A stretch of DNA of 64,000 nt from a virus: positions 32,001 to 96,000 of IMG/VR virus record IMGVR_UViG_3300042867_001289. The stretch is one strand, 5' to 3'. Each line of letters begins with the position of its first letter. Position 1 is the first letter of the stretch. The notes beneath the pieces are model-generated. The model searched no databases. It saw only the letters and a list, made by a program, of their open reading frames with translations, and was not told the DNA's origin. This document shows positions 17,554 to 26,488 of the stretch, piece after piece. The position numbers and the translations under genes were made by a program.

Positions 17554-17691
17554 GGTGAGGGGCTCCGGCCCTTCCCCCAGTCCCGCTACCCGTTTTCCTG
17601 AACAACCAGGGCGGGGCTAAGCACGCTTTTGCACGCTTTTTGTGGGTACATATGCAGAACCGTGCCCAAATAGGCACGGTTCTGCTACCGA

Positions 17692-17904
17692 TTAGCTGTC
17701 GGCGATAGGTGCCGGTGTAGTGCTAATTGTCTGGTACTTGGATGGGGCGACGCGAACGTCGTTAGCTACGGATAGGACATCCCAGCCAAGTTGCTCGTCT
17801 AGCGTCTCAGCAGCGATCTTGATGGCTACAGCATCGTCGTCGCAGGTTGCCCAAGTCTCAAGGATGAAGTCATCCCCGTAGAAGGTTACTGTCTTGTTTT
17901 CCAT
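17692..17904 (-). CDS. hypothetical protein, 70 aa
   Basis: Cassette promoter and RBS. Confidence 0.7.
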   Translation of the reverse strand: MENKTVTFYGDDFILETWATCDDDAVAIKIAAETLDEQLGWDVLSVANDVRVAPSKYQTISTTPAPIADS

Positions 17905-17958
17905 GTTGGCTCTTTCCTGTTAGGTGGTAGTTGTAACTATACTAGCTAGGCAACCTGC

Positions 17959-18020
17959 TGTCAACCTTTACTACAGACAAGCTGTGAGCGTTCTCAGCAT
18001 TCATGACGCAAGACTTGACA
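17959..18020. promoter_or_regulatory. compact divergent promoter pair, unit 16
   Basis: TGTCAA-17bp-CTGTGagcgttCTCAG(17982-17997)-17bp-TTGACA. Confidence 0.78.
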
Positions 18021-18072
18021 CTGTGGCCTGCAGGGTATAAGGTAGTGTTTCACCAACCAATAAGGAGCCACG

Positions 18073-18258
18073 ATGGCAAAGCAGAAGAAAACCAAACAAT
18101 CCACACGAACAGCCGAGATCGTTCTCGCAATCCGCACCCAAGCACATGAGCAGTACGTCGACGCACTTCGCGACGGTCGCCGCCAACGTGCCGCAACCTA
18201 CCCAGACCGCCGCAAGGTGGCAAACAAGAAGGCTTGTCGCAGGTCAGCATACAGCTGA
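18073..18258 (+). CDS. 61-aa basic protein
   Basis: K/R-rich, DRRKVANKKACR; AAGGAG RBS. Confidence 0.7.
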   Translation: MAKQKKTKQSTRTAEIVLAIRTQAHEQYVDALRDGRRQRAATYPDRRKVANKKACRRSAYS

Positions 18259-18426
18259 CCTAGCGGCTAAGCCGCTTGCACCAGTCCCGCCTGGGCCACC
18301 AGGGATCTAGGCTGCCGGGGCTAAAAGCTTTTTGCTTCTCTGACCATCGGGGCTAAGGAGCAATTTTTGGTCCCTGGCTATCGGGGCTAAAGGCGCAGGA
18401 GGGGCCGAAGCCCCCCCCACAACCTG

Positions 18427-18756
18427 TTAGCCATATACCACCTCAGTGAAGCAGGCCACCTGAACAATCAGGTCTGCAAGGTCTGCGTCGATGTCGCCAG
18501 CCTCGTTCTCACGAACAGCAACAGCGATCTTATTGACGACCACGGGGTGGATGCCGCTAGTGTCTCCACCGATAATCTGCTCAATCGCTTCCTGCACGTC
18601 CGTTGGCGTGATTGGGTAGCGTTGGCCATCTTCCATGTCGTGGAAAGTGGCGTGAGTGTTCTCATCGGCGTGCGAGTAATCGTCCACTTCCGCCCAGTAG
18701 TTACTGCCACCTTCGGCGGCTGTGACGATGATGTCGGATAGGAATTGTGTGTCCAT
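18427..18756 (-). CDS. conserved phage hypothetical protein, 109 aa
   Basis: AAEGGSNYWA...IDADLADLIVQVACF.EVVYG motif pattern recalled from phage hypotheticals. Confidence 0.8.
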   Translation of the reverse strand: MDTQFLSDIIVTAAEGGSNYWAEVDDYSHADENTHATFHDMEDGQRYPITPTDVQEAIEQIIGGDTSGIHPVVVNKIAVAVRENEAGDIDADLADLIVQVACFTEVVYG

Positions 18757-18812
18757 TGCTTGGCTCCTTGTGTTGGTTGGTATGTAGTCATTGTAGGGTA
18801 TAGAACGTATCC

Positions 18813-18875
18813 TGTCAAGCCTTGTCACAGGAAGCCTGATAACGCTCTCAGAATGCCTGACACATATACTTGACA
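18813..18875. promoter_or_regulatory. compact divergent promoter pair, unit 17
   Basis: TGTCAA-17bp-CTGATaacgctCTCAG(18836-18851)-18bp-TTGACA. Confidence 0.78.
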
Positions 18876-18926
18876 AGATGCTTTAGGTAAAGTACTATGA
18901 GTACACATCAACGAACAAGGAGCCAC

Positions 18927-19253
18927 ATGAGATCCCTACAAGACCTACTAAAATTGTTACGAGGCCTACCAGAGGTCGCAAACCTGCAAGATGCATTCAC
19001 GTTGCTAGACCGTTCTATCGTAACGATAACGGAATACGAACAGCTTGAAAGCGAATGTAGACGCAGAGCCAGAGAACTCAAGTTCTGTCTTGACTCCCTC
19101 GGAATCAAATACGAATCCGCCTGGGGAGAACATCACTCTTGGTCAGTCTACCTAGCCACCAACGACTGCACCGTGAAAGGTGCACCCCTAACAGGACCAG
19201 TCATCGCAGACTGCCGAGCATCCCAGCTAATGACAAGCTTCAGTCGAATCTAG
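18927..19253 (+). CDS. hypothetical protein, 108 aa
   Basis: MRSLQDLL...; AAGGAG RBS. Confidence 0.7.
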   Translation: MRSLQDLLKLLRGLPEVANLQDAFTLLDRSIVTITEYEQLESECRRRARELKFCLDSLGIKYESAWGEHHSWSVYLATNDCTVKGAPLTGPVIADCRASQLMTSFSRI

Positions 19254-19397
19254 CGAGGGTCCGTCCGAAAGGGCGGGCTCTTCACCAGCCCCGGACGCCC
19301 AATGCTGTAGCGGGACTATCGTATGCCCTGGTCGCACGATGAGGCTGGCAGGCCCCGCTTCGGGCGGGGAGGCTTGGGGGCCGAAGCCCCCGTTGCC

Positions 19398-19610
19398 TTA
19401 CCAGCCGACACCTTGTCGCCCTGCCGCTATGCGATCCTCGTAGATCTCGTGGATGCTCATGATCCAGTCAAACGCTTCTGCGATGTCACGAGCGTCTTTG
19501 CAGTGTTCCCAGACTTGTTCGTCTTCCCAGCACTCGTCGATGACTGAGCAGCTTCCGCTGCCGATGATCTGGTTTCCTCGGATGAATTTGATTAGCTCTT
19601 GCTTGTCCAT
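19398..19610 (-). CDS. hypothetical protein, 70 aa
   Basis: IG.GSCSVIDECW motif; GAGG RBS. Confidence 0.7.
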   Translation of the reverse strand: MDKQELIKFIRGNQIIGSGSCSVIDECWEDEQVWEHCKDARDIAEAFDWIMSIHEIYEDRIAAGRQGVGW

Positions 19611-19665
19611 TGCTTTCCTCTTTCTTGTAGGTGATAGGTGTAACTGTACATGGTAACGGCCTGCC

Positions 19666-19727
19666 AGTCAAATCGTTGCACAAGAACCCTGTGGACGCTA
19701 TCAGGTTTCCGAGCAGTGGGGTTGACA
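19666..19727. promoter_or_regulatory. compact divergent promoter pair, unit 18
   Basis: AGTCAA-17bp-CTGTGgacgctATCAG(19689-19704)-17bp-TTGACA. Confidence 0.72.
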
Positions 19728-19780
19728 CAGTGTAGCTTGTATGGCATAATAAATAGACATCAACCAACAGGAGCTAAACA

Positions 19781-20143
19781 ATGAGAATCAACGACACATG
19801 GCGAGACGTAAACTCGGGAACGGTAATCGACCGCATTGCCGAACTGGGAGCGATCAGTCTTGCCGACGCAGATGAGAACGACTCAATCGAACTGGCAGAA
19901 CTACAGAATCTCGATCAACAAGGACGCGAGATTGTGGGCTGGGCCGAAGGCTACGTCATGCTAATCAAGGACGGCTACATGGAAGACCACGCTCAAGAGC
20001 GAGCAGAAGAAGAGGGCAAAATTAGCTTCAACGAGTGGCCAGCAACGGCCATTGACTGGCATCAAGCAGCAGAAGAACTCAAGTTCTCCTACGGCTACAT
20101 CCCAGTCGACTTTTTCAACAGCACCTACTGGGTCGTCAAGTAA
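19781..20143 (+). CDS. acidic protein resembling ArdA antirestriction C-terminal region
   Basis: YMEDHAQERAEE...WP..AIDWHQAAEELK..Y..VDF...YW; function inferred. Confidence 0.5.
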   Translation: MRINDTWRDVNSGTVIDRIAELGAISLADADENDSIELAELQNLDQQGREIVGWAEGYVMLIKDGYMEDHAQERAEEEGKISFNEWPATAIDWHQAAEELKFSYGYIPVDFFNSTYWVVK

Positions 20144-20223
20144 GAAACCTCTCAGCGCCCCCTTGACAAACCGTCATGGGGGCGCTACAATGTACACATA
20201 CCACCTAACAGAAGGAGCCAAAC

Positions 20224-20736
20224 ATGCCAAACTGGTGTGAGAACACATTACAAATCAAAGGACCAATCACAGACCTAGAAGACATGGTCAACAAACTTGA
20301 CCAAGTCGAAGCCAACGCACTACTAGAGGTCTTCGCCCCAATCGGCGACTGGGACTACGACAAAGCCACCAAATCCTGGGGCACCAAATGGGACGTAGAA
20401 TACAACGTCTCTGACGCAATGGACGCAGAAGACGGCCAAGCCATCCTCGTCATGGGCTTCGCCTCCGCATGGGGGCCACCCGTCGAAGGAATCCAAACGT
20501 GGTCAAAGTTGTACCCAGATACGATGTTCCGCATCGCATACTCAGAATCAGGAATGTGCTTCTGGGGAGTTGAAATCATCCAAGATGGTGAAATCATCTC
20601 AAGCAACACTGGTGACATCCCAGACTTCCTCCCATTTGAGAGGCAGGGCGGCCCCACCGACGACGACTACCAGAAAGCATGGGACCTACAAGAAGCATGG
20701 GTAGATACAACCCTCCAACAAGGGGCGTTCACATGA
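20224..20736 (+). CDS. DUF1281/YubB-like ferredoxin-fold protein
   Basis: MPNWCEN, WGTKWD, F.SAWGPP, YSESGM.F.G motifs. Confidence 0.8.
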   Translation: MPNWCENTLQIKGPITDLEDMVNKLDQVEANALLEVFAPIGDWDYDKATKSWGTKWDVEYNVSDAMDAEDGQAILVMGFASAWGPPVEGIQTWSKLYPDTMFRIAYSESGMCFWGVEIIQDGEIISSNTGDIPDFLPFERQGGPTDDDYQKAWDLQEAWVDTTLQQGAFT

Positions 20737-20891
20737 GCGGACGCCAATGGCTTCTAGCCGAAAACTTCGCGCTAGAAGCCAAAATCCAGAAGGTAGATCC
20801 CGTACTACTCATCCAAGCAATAGCTGACCTAAACGGACTCCTGTTAGGAGTAGCTAAACCCAAGCAAAGCAAAGAACAAATTACTCCTTGA
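20733..20891 (+). CDS. 52-aa hypothetical protein
   Basis: ATGA overlap with upstream stop. Confidence 0.45.
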   Translation: MSGRQWLLAENFALEAKIQKVDPVLLIQAIADLNGLLLGVAKPKQSKEQITP

Positions 20892-20914
20892 GAGAGGAAG
20901 CGAGTTTCAAGCCT

Positions 20915-21265
20915 GAGACCTATGCCCACCACCACCAAAAAGGTGGAGAAGGGGCATAGGTCAATCACTCCCATCGGAGTCGCTTCGTCACGAAGCCATC
21001 GAAATACGGTGTCGGGTATTATCCGATCACATTACCGGCATATGTTTGCGGGGCTTGGCGCTAATATATTTATGCGCACGAAAGCATTCGTTCGGCTCGG
21101 GCATCCTTTATCCGACTGCCCGCAAACGCGAGATTTGCAGACGTCCCGCTTAATGGGAACGTCTGCGGCATGCCCCTCTAACGGGCGACTGTACCGACGG
21201 CTAACCGGCCCCCCAGGTTTAAGACTCGGGGCTGTCTGTGTTTGCTTCACGTTTTGTGTAGCGGC
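20915..21265. ncRNA. candidate structured non-coding RNA (~350 nt), possibly minus strand
   Basis: Dense inverted repeats incl. long-range stem 21044-21052/21119-21127; extended -10 TGCTACAGT on minus strand near 21270-21278; no credible ORF. Confidence 0.45.
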
Positions 21266-21411
21266 AGGGACTGTAGCACCGTGTTTTGTCGCGTGTTGGA
21301 TACTTTGATTAATATGTTTTTCCTCAGTTTGCTCAGACGGTCAATTTGACGTATTGCCTTAACTGGTGTAGAGTGATACCACTACCTACTACAGCAATGA
21401 AGGAGCCAAAC

Positions 21412-21912
21412 ATGACTTACATCGATCAAGCGTTTGCAAAAATGATTGAAGCCGGACTTGAAGAAGTGGAAAGAACCACCGAGAAAGTCTCAGTGCCGGA
21501 CGGCATCTGGGCACCGAACTCCCGATGGGAATACGGTGACGACGAGGGACCAGAATGGCCTTTCTCGAAGTTTGAGGAGATCTACGTCGTCACAGCCTCT
21601 GGCTACAGGTATGAGATCACTCCAGTGATCCTGCCGGACTACTGGCGCATCGCGATCCTCGTCCTGTCGCCCGACGTAGGTGATGTACTTAACCTAGGCC
21701 TTCCAGCAGGTAACGACATGGATCTGGCCGTTGAGATTAAGGATGACGAGGTTGAGTTTGCCATGGATCTGGCGGTGGCCGTAGCTGTCGAAGAAATCTC
21801 GACTCAGCTTCATAAGGCATTGGAGACGGACGTTGTTCGTCAGGCGAATGCTTTGGTTGCCAAGTTTCGGGAGTCGGCCAATCAACATTTTGATGCAAGC
21901 TGGCGGAAGTAG
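21412..21912 (+). CDS. acidic hypothetical protein, 166 aa
   Basis: MTYIDQAF...; TTGACG promoter, AAGGAG RBS. Confidence 0.75.
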   Translation: MTYIDQAFAKMIEAGLEEVERTTEKVSVPDGIWAPNSRWEYGDDEGPEWPFSKFEEIYVVTASGYRYEITPVILPDYWRIAILVLSPDVGDVLNLGLPAGNDMDLAVEIKDDEVEFAMDLAVAVAVEEISTQLHKALETDVVRQANALVAKFRESANQHFDASWRK

Positions 21913-21985
21913 TCGAATAAATCCCTTGACAGCCTGATCTAAACAAGCTACAATAAGAACCTAACTACCACACGAAAGAGCCAAA

Positions 21986-22513
21986 ATGCACACACCACAA
22001 GGTACAAGATCAATCTCCGTATGGGGAGCAAGAGGAGGCATGGGCTGCACCACGACAGCACTCCTACTAGCCAAAACAGGGCTAACCGCCATCGTCTACG
22101 ACCAGATACACAACGGTGGGTTCGACATCCCCACCAAAGAAAGCAAATGGTCAGAAACCCCAGGGCCATGGGAACTCGAAATCAGTGACCGTGGACCAAT
22201 CTCCGAAGAAAGCCGATGGGACCTTGCAGACCTAAACTACATCGTCCTACGCGGCCCATCCTTCCTCGGACTTGCAAGCATCGTCGAACTAGCCGAGTAC
22301 TGGATACCATCAGCACACACCATCAGTGTCATCGTCCTAGAAGACGAACATTCAATTCTGACTGTCGAAGAAGTATCAGCAGTGCTTCACAACGTCAAAG
22401 TCACCTCAATGCCACTAACCCCAGCTATCGCAAGGCTTAGCGACAGAGGCATGATCTGCGACATCCCCACGATGGCAGACGAACCACAACTAGTCGAAAT
22501 GCTAATCAAGTAA
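21986..22513 (+). CDS. small ParA/MinD/CpaE-like P-loop protein
   Basis: ISVWGARGGMGCTTTALLLA resembles deviant Walker A. Confidence 0.55.
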   Translation: MHTPQGTRSISVWGARGGMGCTTTALLLAKTGLTAIVYDQIHNGGFDIPTKESKWSETPGPWELEISDRGPISEESRWDLADLNYIVLRGPSFLGLASIVELAEYWIPSAHTISVIVLEDEHSILTVEEVSAVLHNVKVTSMPLTPAIARLSDRGMICDIPTMADEPQLVEMLIK

Positions 22514-22581
22514 TCCGGCTGGGGCTTCGGCCCCAGCCACACCAAATCGCCTACAATGGTGACACCCGACAAGGAGTCCCG

Positions 22582-22944
22582 ATGCCCGACATTCCCCCAA
22601 ACAGCTCTCAACTATTCGTCTCCGACTGGCTTGGTACAAACTACAAGGCATGGGAAATCACAGACGCCCTAAGAGAGCTAGCCTCAGAATTTGGTTTAGA
22701 TGCCGACGATGTTGTCGGGACTGGTATACGGGTTGTTAAACTCCAGGCTTCGAAAAGCCTTGAAACTGATGACGACAAATTTTGGTATGAAAGCAGCAAC
22801 GACACATATGCGTCCCGGGATATCTGGGCTGTTGTAGAAGGAAGTCCCGTTAACGCTGTGATTCTTTACCTTGATATAGAAGCTAATGAATTGAAGGCTA
22901 ATGCTTGGGCTGAGAGGGAAAGGTTCAGGCGACTGAACCCTTAA
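22582..22944 (+). CDS. hypothetical protein, 120 aa
   Basis: AAGGAG RBS, TACAAT upstream. Confidence 0.7.
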   Translation: MPDIPPNSSQLFVSDWLGTNYKAWEITDALRELASEFGLDADDVVGTGIRVVKLQASKSLETDDDKFWYESSNDTYASRDIWAVVEGSPVNAVILYLDIEANELKANAWAERERFRRLNP

Positions 22945-22956
22945 GGAGTCCCGTAT

Positions 22957-23322
22957 ATGGTTCTAGATCCGTTCACGTTTTTTTTAGTAAGCCTTGCCGT
23001 TTATCGTGTTGTTAGGTTTTGCCTGTACGACAGTTTGATAGCCCCGCTCAGGGATCGCCTGTTTGAGGGTTTGTCTTTTGATCGTGAGTATGACGACGGG
23101 ACTGTTGAGTTGTTTGGTCGTCCTGGGTTGCGGGGCTGGTTTTTTTCTTTGTTGTCTTGTTATTGGTGTTTTGGGGTTTGGGTTGCGGGGCTGTTTAGTT
23201 TGGTTTGGGTTGTGTGGGGTGGTTTGGGTTGCGGGGCTGGTGTTGTGGTTTGGTTGGCTTTGTCTGTTGTCGGGGCTTGGTTGCGTATGTTTGAGCTTTT
23301 GGTTGTGGGTTTTATTGACTGA
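22957..23322 (+). CDS. DUF1360 family membrane protein
   Basis: LAVYR..R....D.L..PLR and LLSCYWC.GVW motifs, hydrophobic helices. Confidence 0.75.
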   Translation: MVLDPFTFFLVSLAVYRVVRFCLYDSLIAPLRDRLFEGLSFDREYDDGTVELFGRPGLRGWFFSLLSCYWCFGVWVAGLFSLVWVVWGGLGCGAGVVVWLALSVVGAWLRMFELLVVGFID

Positions 23323-23411
23323 GAGTTTTGTCAGGTTTCTGGGCAGACGATTTGACGTATCCTTGCTTGCAGTGTACAGTGGGTACACATCAACCAACAA
23401 GGAGCCATACA

Positions 23412-23891
23412 ATGTCATACATTTACAACACACTTACACTCTCTGGTAGCAACGACACAATCACAAAGTTCGTCCTTGCTATCAACGACAACAAGAACAC
23501 ACTGCGCAACACATGGTCTGTTCTTGGAACACACCTACCAGAGTGGCATCACCCTGATGAGGCTAACGACCCATTCTATGTGGAAGACGGTCACGCCTAT
23601 ATCAACACTTGCACCACGTTTATGGCCCCTACGGGCGCTCTACAGAAGGTGTCGGTCAACTTCCCTAACTTGACCTTCTCTAATTACTTTACGGAAGAGT
23701 CAGATGCCTTTGCTGGTTACGCTGTAATCAAGGACGGTGTGGTCTTGGATGTCTACGATGAGGATCAGCCTGATTTTGAGTGGGACGATAATCCTGATTC
23801 CGATAATGAGGATTTTTATGACCAGATCAGCGAATGGCAACGTGGCATCGAGGATCGCTGTTACAACAGTGCCGAGAACGTAAAGTCCTAA
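23412..23891 (+). CDS. DUF1281/YubB-like protein (distant paralog of 20224-20736)
   Basis: N-terminal NTLTLSG, APT..L..VS..FP.L.F, EES..FAG, acidic tail. Confidence 0.65.
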   Translation: MSYIYNTLTLSGSNDTITKFVLAINDNKNTLRNTWSVLGTHLPEWHHPDEANDPFYVEDGHAYINTCTTFMAPTGALQKVSVNFPNLTFSNYFTEESDAFAGYAVIKDGVVLDVYDEDQPDFEWDDNPDSDNEDFYDQISEWQRGIEDRCYNSAENVKS

Positions 23892-23973
23892 TAAGAACCT
23901 TCACAGCACCCCTTTGACAGACCGTCAGGGGGGTGCTACAGTGTACACATACCAACTACTAAGGAGCTAAACA

Positions 23974-24186
23974 ATGCCTACAACCTACATGACACTAGTA
24001 CTATCCGACGACACCGAATTTTGTAAGCCTTTCATTGGAAGAGCACGCCCTGACGAGGTAATCGTGGTCGGTGGCATCGATCAGCAAGTCAACGTCAACA
24101 TTCATGCCACAAAGGATCAGTGGGCGGCATTAGCAGTCTATTGCCTACAGTGTGTAGAAGCACTAGTGCTGGATGAAGCAAAATGA
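23974..24186 (+). CDS. hypothetical protein, 70 aa
   Basis: Own promoter, AAGGAG RBS. Confidence 0.65.
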   Translation: MPTTYMTLVLSDDTEFCKPFIGRARPDEVIVVGGIDQQVNVNIHATKDQWAALAVYCLQCVEALVLDEAK

Positions 24187-24596
24187 ACACAGACATCTAC
24201 GGAAACCAAATCACTACACACTCGCTAAACATCGACTGGAACTTGCTAGCTAAGCAAAAGAAGCTAGTTCTAGACTTTCTAAATAGTGAGAGTCCAACAC
24301 AATTTGCCGACGTATGGAACAACAGCGACGGCCAGGATCTGATGGATGGACTCTTAAACGTCCTTGACAGCTTGCAAGATCAAGCCGCAGAAGAGCTTGG
24401 CGAAGAAGCCGTATTTGGGCCATGGTGGAATTACCGAACGCCTACCCATAAAATTGTCTGGTCAGAAGGACATGGCTTTGTCGAAGATGAACAATTTTTT
24501 ACAAACATTATGGATGCGAAGAATTACAAGGCCGAACACCCATTGGGCAAGTTTGCGTCTGTGGTTCCCATACCTGACGGAAGCGGCTTAATCTGA
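24183..24596 (+). CDS. hypothetical protein, 137 aa
   Basis: ATGA overlap; IDW.LL.KQK...GLLN.LD.LQD.A motif. Confidence 0.75.
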   Translation: MNTDIYGNQITTHSLNIDWNLLAKQKKLVLDFLNSESPTQFADVWNNSDGQDLMDGLLNVLDSLQDQAAEELGEEAVFGPWWNYRTPTHKIVWSEGHGFVEDEQFFTNIMDAKNYKAEHPLGKFASVVPIPDGSGLI

Positions 24597-24683
24597 GAGG
24601 ATCCTCAGGTTCAGCCGCTTGCGATTTGCGCCAACATGCATTGCCATGTACGATGTACACATACCAACCAACAAGGAGCCACA

Positions 24684-25556
24684 ATGCTAAAGCCACAACA
24701 ACTAGAACAGCACCTATCCCAACTAACAGAACTAGCAGAATCTGACCTAATGAGCGCTAAAGAGGCAAACAGCTTCTACGCACAAGTGAGGGTCCTATTC
24801 GGTTTCAAGCCACTAGCAGGGTTTTTTCTTTCAACAGAGAAAGATATCGCCAAGCTAGACGTGGGAACGGGCCGCCACCTAATCGGCCTATCTCTCCCAC
24901 CGGCCACATCCTCTGGTCTTGCCAACACTTGCGCATTCGAAGACGACTGTCTGACAAAGTGCGTAGGCGTAGGCGGTTCGAATCGCTTCAGTAGCGCTTC
25001 TAACGGCAAGGCGGCCAGACTGCAATTGTTTATCGACAATCCCCAGGCCGCGCTAGCGTTGCTAGTAGGCGGGATCGATAAGGCAGTAGCTAACCATGGT
25101 GCCGAGAATGTAGCCGTTCGATTGAATATCTATTCGGATCTTAGGTGGGAACGCATTCTGCCAAATTGGTTCTGGACACGCTTTGCAAACGTAGTCTTCT
25201 ACGATTACACAAAGCATCCTCTGGCCAGTCGACCAGTAGCAACTATTCCAGCTAATTACAAGCTGACATACTCTGTTAGCAAGCGGTCGACGGTATGGCA
25301 AGTGTCTAACCAGCGTAACGCAGGACGGCCAGTAGCGGTCGTTATCGATACCCGTGGCGGTAAGGTCAAGGGGACCGATAAGTACCGTGATTTGCCGCTT
25401 GAGGCAGACGGTGTGACCATCGTCGACGGTGACGCTAGTGATCGTCGCTATGAAGATCCTGCTGGCGCTTTAGTTCTTCTACGTCGGAAGAATGGTCTGC
25501 CCGCATCTGATCCTCTGGTTCGGAATGCGGAGCAATTGGAAGCAATGCTTTCCTAA
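24684..25556 (+). CDS. GP88-like phage protein (Cys-motif, possible Fe-S enzyme)
   Basis: C.....C...C, RLN.YSD..WE, FYDYTK, NY.LTYS, DGD.SD.RY.DP motifs. Confidence 0.75.
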   Translation: MLKPQQLEQHLSQLTELAESDLMSAKEANSFYAQVRVLFGFKPLAGFFLSTEKDIAKLDVGTGRHLIGLSLPPATSSGLANTCAFEDDCLTKCVGVGGSNRFSSASNGKAARLQLFIDNPQAALALLVGGIDKAVANHGAENVAVRLNIYSDLRWERILPNWFWTRFANVVFYDYTKHPLASRPVATIPANYKLTYSVSKRSTVWQVSNQRNAGRPVAVVIDTRGGKVKGTDKYRDLPLEADGVTIVDGDASDRRYEDPAGALVLLRRKNGLPASDPLVRNAEQLEAMLS

Positions 25557-25644
25557 GAACCTTCACAGGTGGCGGGTGGAATCACTTGACGAGAGTGGTT
25601 TCACCCGCTATCATGTACACATACCAACTACTAAGGAGCTAGCA

Positions 25645-26133
25645 ATGAGACCACAAAAAACACTAAGAGAACTAGTCGGAATCATAATGGTTCCATCTCA
25701 CGAGCTTGAAGAGCTCATCTTGGACGCTTACGCCGACGAAATTGAGAAGGCCGTACAAACAGCAATCTCTGACCAGATCAGCGAAGAAGTTCGAGATGCG
25801 GGGCTCTACGAGATCACAGATCAAAACATTCTGTGTAGTGACCATAGCGAGCCTTTCACTTGGCACGCTGTTGTTAGTTACGATGAGCCACTTGACCCCG
25901 AGTCTGAGTCTGTGAACGACTTTTACATGCCGACCCAGGAGGGTGATATGGCCGTGGAAGCTGCTGTGCGCAAGGTTCTGGGATCTAAGTCGATTGAAGG
26001 CGCAATGTATTATGTCCAGCTAGAAGTAGCTGAACAGGGGTTTGATCAGTGCAATGCCGTTTATGGCATAGATGTTGCTATGAGGATTCGTGCCGTCTTG
26101 AATGGGACTCAGCGCCTGTACGTCGCAATGTAA
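25645..26133 (+). CDS. acidic hypothetical protein, 162 aa
   Basis: MRPQKTLR...; cassette leader and RBS. Confidence 0.7.
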   Translation: MRPQKTLRELVGIIMVPSHELEELILDAYADEIEKAVQTAISDQISEEVRDAGLYEITDQNILCSDHSEPFTWHAVVSYDEPLDPESESVNDFYMPTQEGDMAVEAAVRKVLGSKSIEGAMYYVQLEVAEQGFDQCNAVYGIDVAMRIRAVLNGTQRLYVAM

Positions 26134-26227
26134 AGCTGAGTGGCCTCACAGCTAGTGGGGCCACTCACTTGACCATCTATTATCTATCTGTTACCATGTA
26201 CACATGACAAACAACGAGGAGCCAACA

Positions 26228-26488
26228 ATGATTGACGAAGAGACAGACCTACCAATCGACACAACCGAACCAAGGTTCCCAGAAGTAGAACTTACGGTTG
26301 ACATCTTTGGAACAGAAGGAAACGCCTTCTTTCTTATCAGCAAGGTGCGTAGGGAGCTGGCATATCACGATGCGAGCGAAGAGGAAGTCGAAGAGTTTGA
26401 TAAGGAAGCCAAGTCTGGCGATTACCAGAATGTGCTTGACACAATTGGTAGGTGGATTACCTTTACTTACTTTCCAGAGCCTTTCTAA
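26228..26488 (+). CDS. conserved phage hypothetical protein, 86 aa
   Basis: G.EGNAF.LI..V...L...EEF..EA.SGDY motif. Confidence 0.8.
   Translation: MIDEETDLPIDTTEPRFPEVELTVDIFGTEGNAFFLISKVRRELAYHDASEEEVEEFDKEAKSGDYQNVLDTIGRWITFTYFPEPF

Larger units (their letters stand above)
3360..20143. repeat. quasi-periodic array of 18 divergent two-slot expression units
   Basis: Back-to-back -35 pairs recur near 3.83, 4.72, 5.71, 6.60, 7.46, 8.26, 9.27, 10.16, 11.11, 12.02, 12.84, 13.91, 14.78, 15.59, 16.79, 17.99, 18.84, 19.70 kb with shared non-coding motifs. Confidence 0.85.

Noticed and set aside
3360-20143. CRISPR array or classical integron
   Set aside because: Repeats are degenerate and about 0.9 kb apart, no cas or intI gene, no consistent RYYYAAC/GTTRRRY ends, and cassettes have their own promoters in both orientations
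20922-21308. 128-aa ORF in the structured gap
   Set aside because: No RBS, start buried in a stem, atypical composition; treated as non-coding though not excluded
22984-23449. Alternative ORFs overlapping the DUF1360 gene
   Set aside because: By-products of extreme G/T skew; only 22957-23322 has an RBS and family motif
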